The notes below the pieces were generated by a model. The model ran no database searches. It was not told the origin of the DNA and saw only the letters and a program-made list of their open reading frames with translations. This document shows positions 33,859-45,160 of a stretch of 45,160 nucleotides of DNA, piece after piece (position 1 is the stretch's first letter; every line of letters begins with the position of its first letter). The DNA lies in NCBI GenBank assembly GCA_900128395.1, contig LT649289.1, forward strand, positions 1-45,160, given 5' to 3'. This DNA is from Stramenopiles sp. TOSAG23-2. Its lineage: Eukaryota. The position numbers and the translations under genes were made by a program.

Positions 33859-35244
33859 ATGGGAAACAAACAACGGGTTGGAAATAAAGAACAAGTCAAC
33901 GAGATGGAAGAAGAGGTAACGTCGGAGGAAGTACAACATTTATTGCAAGAATTGTTTGAAAAACAGAATGTACAAGTGAAAGATCAAATTATGAAACTAG
34001 CAACGGATGGGAATACTGATATGATCTTTGGATTATGTACACGTATTGTCACAGCATGGGATCATCAAACGGATGTTTTTGAAAACTGCAAAAAGTTAGA
34101 AGGTGGGCTTACGGGTGCAGGTGTATATTTAGTAGCACGAAAGCAACAACAACAAGGACCCTCGTCGTCCTCCACCTCCAGTAACAAAGTTGTGTTTAAA
34201 ATTGCAAATTTTGCAAACGATGATGAATTAGCATGTTTAACACAACCAGGTAAAGCTAATGGTATGTTATATGTTGCAAATAAATCTGTCTCCAATTCAA
34301 ATTTATTTGCCGATGTATGGCAAGATGAATTATTACCTCGTTGTACTGTACTTGAATTTTTAGAAGGTACATCATTTGAAACCCCCGTGAAAAGCCATGG
34401 TCTTGCATTACGAACTAAGGAAGATGCTATTGCACTTGGTAAAGCAATTGCATTGTTTCACCAATCCTCTTCCTCGTCCACATCGTCGTGGTATAATAAT
34501 AATACATTTAATATTTATGATCGATATTATAATACATTTACAAATGATTTAAAGGAAGTTGTTGATCAAATACCATCGGATGAAATGATGATTATTGATA
34601 GAGCTGCAACTGTACAAGGTTTAACGTATATAAATGAGATTGTACCGATACTTTTTAAATTATTATCACCTGATTCATTGATGGGACGTATGGTTGTTGG
34701 ACATAATGATTTACATGATGGCAATTTAATGCGTAGATATGATAATAATCAACCAGGTGATTTAGTACTTATTGATTTTGATCGTATATGCATGATGCAA
34801 GCTGGGAATGATCTTGGTAGTTATATGTCACAGATTGATACAAGCAAAGTAGAATCGCCATGGCCTTCTTATGAAATGAGAGCGTCATTTGCACAATCAT
34901 ATATTGATACTATGCCGGAAGAAGTTATTTCTAATTTTTCACGTACATCTGTTGATGAAGTTATATTTGATTTAGAAATTGGTTGTGTCATGCGTGATTT
35001 ATATCTTGGTATGGTGATACCAATGATATTTCCGCCAATTATTGGTAAATGGGTATCGCAATACCTTGTAAATGAACGTGTTATTAAATGTACCAATGTA
35101 TTGATTGAAGCAAGGAATAATGAACAAATACGAAATGATGTATTAAAACATGGTATACGCCATGTTGCCAATATCAATGGATTAACATTAGGTAATCTTT
35201 TTAAATCGTTTTTTACACGTTCTCCAACTATTAGTAAGATTTAA
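33859..35244 (+). CDS. Choline/ethanolamine kinase-like (APH-superfamily) phosphotransferase
   Basis: LEGGLTG, VVFK, VLEFLEG, Brenner motif GHNDLHDGNLM, LVLIDFD, NDLG. Confidence 0.85.
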   Translation: MGNKQRVGNKEQVNEMEEEVTSEEVQHLLQELFEKQNVQVKDQIMKLATDGNTDMIFGLCTRIVTAWDHQTDVFENCKKLEGGLTGAGVYLVARKQQQQGPSSSSTSSNKVVFKIANFANDDELACLTQPGKANGMLYVANKSVSNSNLFADVWQDELLPRCTVLEFLEGTSFETPVKSHGLALRTKEDAIALGKAIALFHQSSSSSTSSWYNNNTFNIYDRYYNTFTNDLKEVVDQIPSDEMMIIDRAATVQGLTYINEIVPILFKLLSPDSLMGRMVVGHNDLHDGNLMRRYDNNQPGDLVLIDFDRICMMQAGNDLGSYMSQIDTSKVESPWPSYEMRASFAQSYIDTMPEEVISNFSRTSVDEVIFDLEIGCVMRDLYLGMVIPMIFPPIIGKWVSQYLVNERVIKCTNVLIEARNNEQIRNDVLKHGIRHVANINGLTLGNLFKSFFTRSPTISKI

Positions 35245-35751
35245 GATGATGTGGGAGATATGGCTTTTCTGTTATCGCAAAATGTATATGTTTTCATTTT
35301 TTTCAACGCTTAAACATATACACACACACTAAAATCAAAGGAGAAAGGTAGTTTGATAGTAAAATACATGTGTGTTCATCTATATGATTCATCATACATT
35401 GTAAACCGTTTGTTTGCACGTTTTGTTGTGTCGTCGGTATAAAAACACTACTATTTCAAATTATATGCTATTATGATGAGTATAGAGTATAGAGGAAAAA
35501 AAAAAGTTACAGCATTGTAATGGTATTACTATATTATATTTATTTGCCGATATACTAAATATTATATTATACCTATCAAATATATAACTAATGGTATGTC
35601 TATCTTGTATAAGTTGCACTTTTTGAACAACAAAAGATAATGGTGTGGACGTGTGGACAACTAAGACTCTTACCAGCTTACAGCTTACAGCATTTTAAAA
35701 GGGAGTATTAGGCGGCAAAGATTTCACATGATGATGATGTGCAACGTGTCA

Positions 35752-35983
35752 CCTGATATAATTTTTACTGTGCCGGCCAGTCGTAAATTTTCGGTACATA
35801 TTTTTTATTACACTTAAACACTATATTACCTAACAAATACACAAATTAATCGGTTTTCAGGTTTTCGAGTGGTTGAGTTTTGGATTAATTAGTGTATTTG
35901 ATAGTTAAATATAGTGTTTAAGTATACCAAACAATTTGTACCGAAAATTGACGACTGGCCGGCACACTAAAAATTATATCGGG
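35752..35983. mobile_element. Foldback / MITE-like element: ~100-bp inverted arms with 31-nt spacer
   Basis: 35752-35851 (CCTGATATAATTTTTACTGTGCCGGCCAGTCGTAAATTTTCGGTACA...) is the imperfect reverse complement of 35883-35983. No TSD identified. Confidence 0.75.
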
Positions 35984-36260
35984 ATAGTCTATTATATATA
36001 TATATTGAAAAATAATAATAGAATGGAAAAGATATAAGGGTGATGTACAAATTATATATATGTATATAAAAATTTTGCAGAAAGATATATATATATATAC
36101 GTATATTCAAACGAAATATCAAAATTTACAAACAAAACAGAGATATAATACTGGAAAGGGTATAGTATATACACTACACGCGAAAAAATATTTATTAACA
36201 CATAATTAGTGAAAGAATTTGAAACTATAACAAATTAAAAACAAGCGACGAAAATAAAAT

Positions 36261-38789
36261 ATGAAACCATATTTTTTATTTTATAATGTATTAAATGTAC
36301 TAGGATGGTCCTACGTATTGATTAATACGCTAACATCGAAATTGAATAATGATACGCCATTGGAATTATGGGGTAAAATTGGAACTGCATTAACGTATAC
36401 GCAGACGTTGGCAGGGATGGAAATATTACATTCCTTGTTTGGACTGGTACGTTCGCCATTAATGGGTACATTTATACAAGTAATGTCCCGTTTATTGATT
36501 ATATGGTGTTACATGGTACCAGCAGAAGCTTGCCATGAACACTGGTCATTATATTTAATGGTATTATCGTGGTGCTTCATTGAAGTTGTGCGATATTCGT
36601 TCTATGCATGGAATATAGTTGTTGATGGAAACGTACAAAAAGTTCCATATACATTATTTTGGTTGCGTTATAATTTATTTCAAATATTATATCCAACTGG
36701 AATTACTGGTGAGCTGGTACAAATGTATGTTGCAATGCCATATATATTGAAAACAAACCCGGTTGGCTTTCGTTTAGCATTAGCACATTATGGTTTATAT
36801 ACGATATTTAGCCCGTTCGTCATGTTTAACATGTTTAACATGAGGAACAGAGCAACAAAGAAATTGAATAATGCGAAGAAAGGACCAAGACCAATACAAG
36901 GTGTTAGTTGGCCAATTACAAATGCTAAAGGTGATCGTAGTACAACTGCAACAAACAGGGCAATGTATGTAATTCTCTATTATCATATATACAACAAGAA
37001 AACAAAAACAAAAACAATGAACAAGAAAGGCAGTCTGTTCTGTCTTTCTCTTATATTATCTATAACACGTAAAAATTTTGTACTAACTAAATAACACATA
37101 CGTATACACACATACATATACAGATGGGAAGCATCTTTCAATGCAGTAGATGAAGATAAAGGTAGTGAAGTTTCAAAAGTAAAAAATTGGCGTTTTGGAT
37201 ATGTTAAATATGTACAACAAAATGTACGTTTAGCGTGTGAAAGCAAAGAAAATGCATTGAAAATTGCAAATGCTGGTTTAGACAAATCCATGGAAAAATT
37301 TCAATTCGTTCCTTCAAAGATCCAAGGTGGTGGAAATGAACCTATGACGTTGCAAGAAGCTATGGATAAATTTCAAGGAAAAGAAGAATATTCATTTGAT
37401 ACATATGTTTTAAAAGGGGAGAAGTCATTTAAACAACGTTCATTGCAAGTCCCATATTGTGGTAAATCAGGCGCACCATATTATTTATTTGATCCGGAGA
37501 AAAACAAAACATCATTGGAAGGCGAAGGTTTGAAACAACAATTGCAACAATGGGCAAGTTATGGTACGATTGAGCAAAGTGCAGCAGATGCAATTAAAAA
37601 AGTGGTTGATAATCGTGAATGGTTAGATTTACGTAATAAATACTTCGTATTATTAGGTGCAACAAGTGCAATGGGTCCATTGGAAATTTTATTGAAGCAT
37701 GGTGCAAATATCATAGCAGTGGATCTAGATCGTGATTTTATTTGGAAGAAATTGATTAAAAAAGCACGTAATAGTTGTGGTACTTTGTATATACCAGTGA
37801 AACGTGGTGCGATGGAATCTATGCAAGCAAAGGAAAAAACAGATGCATTCTATGATGAATTGTCTAAAGTAAGTGGTTGTGATTTATTATGTGCCACGCC
37901 ATTAATACGCAATTGGATTGTAGATGTCCATAAAAATTATTTAAATGGAAACGAGAAGTTAGTTATTGGTAATTACACATATTTAGATGGTGCATTGCAT
38001 GTGCAATTAAGTGTTGCATGTAATGCTATTATTAAAGGTGTCGCCTCGCAATTACGTAGCCCAAATCAATTGGCCATAGCATTTTTATGCACCCCAACCG
38101 ATGTTCACGTCATACCACAAGAAGCAAGTCAAGCCTCCGCGGAAAATTTATCAAATGCACCAATATGGCAAAAAATTGCTTCCATGTTAGGTATTTTCGG
38201 TTTACGTAAAAACAAATTGCAACCAGTAGAAAATATGGATTATAAGGGTAAGCATATTTACCTTGTCGATGGTACAGTAAGTGCGCAAGGACCAAATTAT
38301 TCATTGGCAAAGCGATTACAACACTGGATGGCAATTACTATGCGTGAGAATGGCCATACAGTAGCAAGTAACGTAGCGCCATCTACTGCTACGTTAAGTG
38401 TTATCCATGCTTGGACGTTTAAAGCTGCATATGGTGGTATGCATCATTTTAAACCAATGGAAGTCATGTATCAAGGAACTAGTAATGCAGTTATGGGTGC
38501 ATTGTTGATTCATGATATTCAAAATGAGAATAGCCATGCAAATCCAAGAACAAAATTACAAAATCCAATGGAATTGTTTAGGTACGGGTCATTCCATGGC
38601 GGTATATGGAGGACTGGATATGCATTAGATAGCACTAGCGTCGTGTGTGTATTAGCATATTTGTCAACAAATCATTGGTTTAGTGTATCAGCTGGTATGG
38701 GTTTATTCACGTCATTTATGTATTATGTTGTAACTGGTGAAATTGGTGGTGTTGATCCAGCAAGTACAATTACAAATCATTTTATGTAA
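36261..38789 (+). CDS. HACD/PTPLA very-long-chain 3-hydroxyacyl-CoA dehydratase fused to a ~550-aa uncharacterised domain; exons 36261-36964 and 37124-38789 (789 aa)
   Basis: QTLAGMEILHSLFGLVRS, QVMSR, EVVRYSFY, WLRYNLFQILYPTGITGE; intron GTATGT(36965)..TACTAAC(37081)..CAG(37123) joins the two ORFs in frame (RA-I-WEASF). Confidence 0.88.
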
Positions 38790-39429
38790 AGAAGAATATT
38801 TACATTATGGGTTGTGATCAGTTGAAACGGAATATGATGAATGAGAGGGTGGAGTAATCATATCAATTCATAAAAGGATACACGCACAATACACCTACAC
38901 ACATTAAATGTACGCACGAGCTTTGTATTCGATATTTACGAGTAATATATATATATATATATGTAATATAATGATATGCATATATTATTATTTTATGATA
39001 TTATGTACTCGTATGATACAGGCTGAGAAAGAGAGAAAACTTTTTTACCAAAGAGAACATAAATATTTTATACTGACTTTTTTAAAACGATAAAAAATAT
39101 CATATTTTTTAGTGTACGTAAAATTATATTAAATACGTACGGAGTAACACTCTTACTCGTACGATCGTAATATATAGATTTTAACCACCAAAATATTTTT
39201 TTACGCTCGCAATTTTACGCAATTAATTTATGAGAGATGTATATTTTTTGAATTTTTTACGACCCTCGTCGTACTCTGGTGTACTCATAAATAAACCATA
39301 TGCATTCTGGCATTATTATTAAATATTAAGATATTGATATTAAAAAAATACGATAACGTTCGTAAAAACATATATTTTCACAAGATAAAATTTTTATTTA
39401 CACACGTATGCCAACACTTCTCGCTTCTT

Positions 39430-40212
39430 TTACTGAGGTGGTGGAAGAGGTGGTGGTGGGCGCATGCCACCTGGCGGCGGTGGTGGTCCCCCCATACCTG
39501 GCATTGGTGGAGGTGGCCTTGGTGCACCTCCTCTAGCTCCCATACCTGGCATTGGTGGAGGTGGCCTTGGTGCACCTCCTCTAGCTCCTTGAATTCCTGC
39601 TAATAAACCAGCTCGTGGTGGCCTTCCCATTCCTGGTAATGGTGGTGGCATTCGTGCTGGTCCCCTACCTGGCATTGGTGGCGGTAATCCGAATCCTCCT
39701 CTTGGTGTTGCTGATGGCATCATGGACATGCCACTAGATACAGGTGGCACGGTACCTACTCCACCAGTTGCTATTGAAGATAAATTGGCCATAAAACTAT
39801 CTCTTGTACCACATTGTTTTATCATAGCAGTTGCTTCTGCATCTGTTAAATCTTCACCTAATAATTTCATAACTTCCTTTAAACGATTTACCTCTAATTT
39901 TCCAGTGCCATCTTTATCTATTAAATCAAACGCGTCGCCAAACGCACCAAGCCATGTATGTTTTTTCGCATGAAAATTTAAGGCAAAATTTGTAAAGTTT
40001 ATTTGGTTTGCTTTTGGGTCACCAGTAAATTCTGTTACCATAGTCTTGACGTCTTCATCTTGAAAAGTTTCTCCAAACTGAGCATAAAATGCTTTCAACG
40101 TTTCTCCACTAATGACACCTGTATTATTCTTATCAAACATATGAAATGCATTGCGGTATTCATTGATATCTTGCTCCGTCAATCCCGCACTTATCAATTT
40201 TTGCATATTCAT
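39430..40212 (-). CDS. Calmodulin/centrin-like EF-hand protein with Pro/Gly-rich C-terminal tail
   Basis: LTEQDINEYRNAFHMFDKNNTGVIS, DAFDLIDKDGTGKLE...LGEDLTDAE; tail of PPPPMPG repeats including a 48-bp tandem repeat (39491-39588). Confidence 0.85.
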   Translation of the reverse strand: MNMQKLISAGLTEQDINEYRNAFHMFDKNNTGVISGETLKAFYAQFGETFQDEDVKTMVTEFTGDPKANQINFTNFALNFHAKKHTWLGAFGDAFDLIDKDGTGKLEVNRLKEVMKLLGEDLTDAEATAMIKQCGTRDSFMANLSSIATGGVGTVPPVSSGMSMMPSATPRGGFGLPPPMPGRGPARMPPPLPGMGRPPRAGLLAGIQGARGGAPRPPPPMPGMGARGGAPRPPPPMPGMGGPPPPPGGMRPPPPLPPPQ

Positions 40213-40674
40213 ATTTTATATTATATATATATATATATATATTACTAAATCTCACTCTAAAATGTTCCTCCCAATAAAAAAACTAAAATTATTAAAAATA
40301 AACAATGTGTATATTAAAATGCTTTCTACCAATATATTTCTTCCAATTTAATAAAATAATCCTTCGTCTATATTAATATATCTAAATAGAAATAAGGCAA
40401 CAGATAGAAAGATGGAAAAGAAGTTAAATTGAAAATCAACACATAATCTACATAAACAACTCGAATTGTATGTTTCTTTATTTATTTTCTATTTTTATTA
40501 AAAAATTGGAATTTTTACTTAACTGATTATTTTTAGTATAATATACTAACAAGTATATTTAGCTATATATCCAGCTTTATACATCATCACATCATCACCG
40601 TTTTAGTTGATTACCAGATTATATGCACAAAGGCACCTTACACATCACACACACAACTCATACATCACCACATT

Positions 40675-41646
40675 TTACAGCCGCCAACACTGAAGAAGAT
40701 CTGGCATTGCATTTTTAAGCTTAGTACAATCTAATCCATCCATATCTTGATTCCCACCAATATTTAGAATGGCTAGTTTTGGCAAATATTTTAAAAAAAA
40801 GTCATTGTTAATTGACGCAAGAGTAAATCGGTTGTGGATGATGTTCAAAAACGTTAACTTGTTCAAGCTACTAAGCCATGAGACAGACCCATTTAAATTA
40901 TTGCTATTTAAAATTAAATTTTGTAAATTGGTTAACTTTTTCAAGACATGTGCACTACCGCTAAGTTTATTCTGTGCCATATCTAATCTAGTTAATCTTG
41001 TTAATGAAGAGACATATTGAAGCTGCTGGCCTTGAAATGAATTTCTAAGAATTCTTAAACTTCTTAACTCTTTCAGATTACCAAGGTACGACATATTTGT
41101 AAAACTACTAGTGATATTAGCAGCTGTTACATGATTTTCCTCAAGGATCAATGATCTTAAATTGGAAAGTCCCGATATTGGTGATATTTCATCATCATTT
41201 AAGATAAAATTATTTTGAATGTCTAAATAAGTCAGCTTGCTCAATAATGATATAGATGGATGAATTTTGCCAGCAAATATCCCAATAAAATGCAATTGTT
41301 GCAAGTTTCCCAAGTGAAGAAACGTTGTATTATCTAAAACTAAATCACACTTTGGATTAGGTTTCATGTCGATATATACAATATAAAATATCAATGGTAT
41401 GATCATAAATAAGATGATAAATACAAAATAAAAAACAGATGCGCGTATATAATCACCAATATCATAATTTATGTTGTTCCTATTCTGATTAACATTGTTA
41501 TTTTTCATTTTATCATATGAATGAAACAATGGATTAATAAATGCACCTTCATCATCTTTATTTATATTTTCCATTTCCTCTATGATGACATTTATATCAT
41601 CATCTTCCATTTTTTTCATTTCGATCGTTTTTTTATTTTGCAACAT
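40675..41646 (-). CDS. Single-pass membrane protein with leucine-rich repeats
   Basis: TM segment SVFYFVFIILFMIIPLIFYIVYI followed by about 8 LxxLxxLxLxxN repeats. Confidence 0.85.
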   Translation of the reverse strand: MLQNKKTIEMKKMEDDDINVIIEEMENINKDDEGAFINPLFHSYDKMKNNNVNQNRNNINYDIGDYIRASVFYFVFIILFMIIPLIFYIVYIDMKPNPKCDLVLDNTTFLHLGNLQQLHFIGIFAGKIHPSISLLSKLTYLDIQNNFILNDDEISPISGLSNLRSLILEENHVTAANITSSFTNMSYLGNLKELRSLRILRNSFQGQQLQYVSSLTRLTRLDMAQNKLSGSAHVLKKLTNLQNLILNSNNLNGSVSWLSSLNKLTFLNIIHNRFTLASINNDFFLKYLPKLAILNIGGNQDMDGLDCTKLKNAMPDLLQCWRL

Positions 41647-42228
41647 GATATATAAATATGTAGAATTCCTATCTTTATCTATCTTTTGTATTAATGAAAC
41701 AATGATGCATTAATGCAAATCGATTTAAAAGAAAGACGCATGGTCATGATTAAGAGATGCGAAAGTCATATTATATTTATATAATGTATATATATATATA
41801 TTTACATATTATTTTTAGTGCACGCTGCCACGTAACGTTATTTGTCCAAAAGCTTCGCCTTTTTCGGATTTCCTTCCTGATTTGGAGACAGAGAGGTATT
41901 AAATCATCCTATTTGTATATACCATATATTACCATGTTCTAATAGGCCGAAATCTGCTCCAAAATCTTTGGAAAATGATAAATATTGTCATAATTTGTGC
42001 GTGTTGTAGTTATACAAACAAAATATTAAGTATACTTGTTTTGTAGACTATATAAAAAAGAATTGTTCTATATAGCCACTTAGAGATTGTTAAAATTGGT
42101 TTTAGTGTCCTTCGTAGTTGGTCTAACATTTTTTTTTTTATACCCGAGAATAATTAATAAAACTCTCTCTTTTTATGTCCACGGCGCGTATAAAAATTTA
42201 CACACCACCACAACTGACTACAGACTTT

Positions 42229-43569
42229 TTATGATATATCATCATATCGCATTATAATATTCGCTTCCATATTATCACAATCAAAAGATATTGTTGCTTT
42301 TGTGTATTCACGTACAAATATATTCTTCGTGGTATTATTATTTTCACTTTTCATCTCTTTCAAAGCACATTTTTGACCATTTATAGGTTTGCCATAGTCA
42401 ATATCCAATTCCTTTGGACGATAATAATCCATATTAGGTGCACAACCGATCCAACCATAACCAATCCAAGCGTAGTCGCCGCGCGCCAATAAAAATGTTG
42501 CTAAATCCGATGTTACATTTGGTAATAATCGTCCAGCGTCTGGATCAGTGAATTGATAGACCCATGGCACATCATACCGTTTTCCACCATCAGCTTGACA
42601 CGCATCTTGAAAATACTTTATACATGTTTCTGTGTTGCTGGGTAAATCTGTACTTTGTGTGAATAGTTGCCAATTAAAACCACCCGCTTGTACAATTTTT
42701 TTTTGTACTTCAGAAATTGTATCTTTCCATGCTGCAGTCAAATCAATCGTATCTTGCTGTGTTAAACCCATATCAAGTGTACAATTTGGATATTCTTCAG
42801 TCGGACCTCCGATTTTATCTGCAGAACAAAATCCAACTTTAGGCCACCATGAAGCATGAGGTTGCTGTTTATCATGCCAACTATCATCTAAAAATACACC
42901 ATCGATATTTTGATTACCAACTCCATCCGGGCCTAAAACGAATTCATTAATCAAATAGGAACGCAAAGAAGAATTCCGATGATCCCATAAATATTCACCA
43001 CATGGATTTGTCCCACAATCACACTCATCTTTACAAGAACCATCACCATGTGGATGTTCTGGTGTTTGATCTTGATCATGATAAAATATAGAACATTTCT
43101 TCTCTGTGCATGGATTACTAAAATATCCTGTACCTTTTCCACCATCACGAAATTTCAAAAACCAACCTGAATACTGTGGGTCATCCAATTTCAGTCTTAC
43201 GTCAGTGTACCAAGGTAATGCTTTAACAAGATTACGATATACAAAGGTTTTAGTGGATGGATTTATTGCTTTTACCTGTTTCACTTGATCTACAAGCAGT
43301 TCCTGGCAGTTCATGGGTTTTGCATTAGCCCATAATTGCTTTCCATTGCTCCAATCAAAATCTACAAGACCCCATTTAGCAGCGAACTCTGCATCCATAT
43401 ATCCAGTATAATTACAAGGCATTATGATTGTTGAAAGAGACATATTATATGTAGACGGCCATGGTGGTAATAAAACTTCTTCTTCTTCTTTACCTAAGGC
43501 AAATTGTAAAAAATTGCTGGTAAAAAGAAGTAGTAATGTTAGTTGGAATGGATGTAACGATTGTACCAT
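42229..43569 (-). CDS. Secreted putative glycoside hydrolase-like (GHL15-type TIM barrel) protein
   Basis: Signal peptide; VKAINPSTKTFVYRN, WDHRNSSLRSY, IDGVFLDD, LATFLL, DYGKP, FVREY. The ORF is solid; the family assignment is by motif resemblance only. Confidence 0.65.
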   Translation of the reverse strand: MVQSLHPFQLTLLLLFTSNFLQFALGKEEEEVLLPPWPSTYNMSLSTIIMPCNYTGYMDAEFAAKWGLVDFDWSNGKQLWANAKPMNCQELLVDQVKQVKAINPSTKTFVYRNLVKALPWYTDVRLKLDDPQYSGWFLKFRDGGKGTGYFSNPCTEKKCSIFYHDQDQTPEHPHGDGSCKDECDCGTNPCGEYLWDHRNSSLRSYLINEFVLGPDGVGNQNIDGVFLDDSWHDKQQPHASWWPKVGFCSADKIGGPTEEYPNCTLDMGLTQQDTIDLTAAWKDTISEVQKKIVQAGGFNWQLFTQSTDLPSNTETCIKYFQDACQADGGKRYDVPWVYQFTDPDAGRLLPNVTSDLATFLLARGDYAWIGYGWIGCAPNMDYYRPKELDIDYGKPINGQKCALKEMKSENNNTTKNIFVREYTKATISFDCDNMEANIIMRYDDIS

Positions 43570-44088
43570 CTTTTGTTTTTATGTTTCAATAAACTTGTAC
43601 AAACACGTTTTTTGTTTGTTTGTATAAAATTGTATTGTGTTTATTTAATGTACATACTACATACATATATATATATAGATATGTTATAGATTTTATAGAT
43701 TATAATAGACGAGACTACTACTAACTACTACTCCGTCCGGGCTCTTCATGAGCATATTAACTTACCAGGTATATAGCATTGGTGGAGCGTGCGAGCGGCC
43801 AGTATTATAAAATTTACACCATTTCAAAGCCAAAAAACAAAAACAACATATGTTATTGAATGTATTAGCATTAATGAAATTAAGACTTATAACGGCAAAA
43901 GGCAAAAGGTGTGGTAGATAGCCATGCAACACTAGCTAGAATACAACAAGTACTAACCCATTATGGAATCCCGTTGCAATAGGCCTAACTTTGGACTAAA
44001 TATAATATTAGGCACTTAGTATGATATATGACATATCGGATTATAACAAATTGAAAGCAATATATATATCGTTCGTCTAATATCATAT

Positions 44089-45160
44089 ATGTGTACGGAT
44101 ATTGTAAGTGATGGGTTAACGAAACGAACATTTGTGTTTTTTTAATATTACGATTTATTATTATTCATCATAAAGTTTTAGAAAACAACTATAGACATTC
44201 TTGATACGTGGGTATTAGGAATTGCAAATCGATTCACCAATCAACATGGGGGGGTAGAAGGTTTTACAAGTGTCGTCATTGAAGCAACGAAAGACCAAAC
44301 GGTACCTTTTACCTTGTTAACGATGGGTGGAATGTCAGTATCAACAAAAGGTAGTCAACAATATTTAAATGATGTATATGCATCACAAAATGATGGATAT
44401 ACATGGTATGAAATACCAAAAGCTATTAAAAAAAATGCATTTCAAGAAGAAATTCCATTGCCACTTCTATATTTGGTGGACGTGCCTATCATACATCATC
44501 AACTTATTTAAAGAAAATATTTGTTTTTGGTGGACGTGCTGGATCATCTACACAAATGTTTAATGATGTTTATCGATCAGAAGATGTTGGGAAAACATTT
44601 GAAAAAATGACAGAAGCTGCACCATGGGAAGGACGATATCGACATATGGGTTTAGCCTATCCGTTAAGTAAAAAAATGGATACTGGAATTTTAGCCATAT
44701 TTGGAGGGTAAGTTCTATTCCCCTAAACCTACAGTAGATGTCCTCACTCTAACATGTCACTCATTCATACGCTACGCTCCCAGATACCAAAGCGGATCAT
44801 CAAAATGGTTTGATGATTTTTGGATTAGTGCAGATGATGGTAAAAATTGGTGTATGAATGGCGACAAGATGCCATTTGGACAACGAAGTGCTGGTACAAT
44901 TATACAAATTCCACGTCATTTACCAGATTGGGCACCAAGTAAATTACCGGAACTTCCTGCGGGTGATATGAATACAGATTATCATCCATTTCCACCAATT
45001 GTTATTTGCGGTGGATTAAATCCAGTGAAAGGACGATTGAATGATTGTTGGAAACGACATCGCGCACCAGTTAAAATGTGTATACCACAACCAGAAAAAA
45101 AACCAGAGGATTTAGGTTGGATCGTATTGATAGTTGTATTGGTATTAATGTGCATTGCTG
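44089..45160 (+). CDS. Asp-box (BNR)/kelch-like beta-propeller membrane protein; partial (runs off window), with introns and one frameshift
   Basis: Repeats MGG...LNDVYASQNDGYTW, VFGG...FNDVYRSEDVGKTF...APWEGR, IFG|G...FDDFWISADDGKNW; intron 44708-44783; possible intron 44104-44181; frame change at A8 44428-44435; TM-like segment at the window end. Start is uncertain. Confidence 0.75.
44708..44783 (+). other. Spliceosomal intron (76 nt), member of a related-intron family
   Basis: GTAAGT..CTAAC..CCCAG; removal gives IFGGYQSG in an open frame. Confidence 0.88.

Noticed and set aside
31671-38789. Lipid-metabolism gene cluster (PhyH, choline-kinase-like, HACD)
   Set aside because: Large generic families with mixed orientation and no shared pathway evidence; adjacency is plausible by chance.
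39131-39165. Small hairpin CGTACGGAGTAA/TTACTCGTACG, with a similar AAATACGTACGAGTA at ~31620, both between convergent genes
   Set aside because: Short, built around a palindromic core, and only two instances; insufficient to call a terminator motif.
44089-44200. In-frame TAA/TAG as evidence for a reassigned genetic code
   Set aside because: All other genes end normally at TAA/TAG/TGA, and a 78-nt GTAAGT..TAG intron (44104-44181) removes both stops.

Overview
AT-rich, gene-dense eukaryotic genomic DNA with poly-Asn tracts, (TA)n/(CA)n microsatellites, a few short GT-AG introns with CTAAC branch points and one 14-N scaffold gap. A protist, perhaps a heterotrophic stramenopile, is my inference only. 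About 19 protein genes are supported: aldo-keto reductase, GT28 MGDG-synthase/UgtP-like enzyme, a GC-anomalous FkbM methyltransferase, an ankyrin-kinase-TIR protein, Sec14/CRAL-TRIO-GOLD, a PPR protein, prolidase, NHLRC3-like, alpha-tubulin, PhyH dioxygenase, choline-kinase-like, an HACD fusion, an EF-hand/polyproline protein, an LRR membrane protein, a glycoside-hydrolase-like protein, an Asp-box/kelch protein and hypotheticals. The main observations are: (1) an intact alpha-tubulin with Ala at the catalytic E254 position, no K40 and an altered GGGTGSG motif; (2) sequence-related introns in unrelated genes, suggesting an introner-like family; (3) a lipid-anchored ankyrin-kinase-TIR protein that keeps the TIR catalytic Glu; (4) a TA-flanked MITE holding a coding-like fragment, plus a second foldback element; (5) an internally deleted Arf-like GTPase absent from the ORF track. 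Several exact ~100-bp tandem duplications may be assembly artefacts. No rRNA, tRNA or CRISPR array was recognised.
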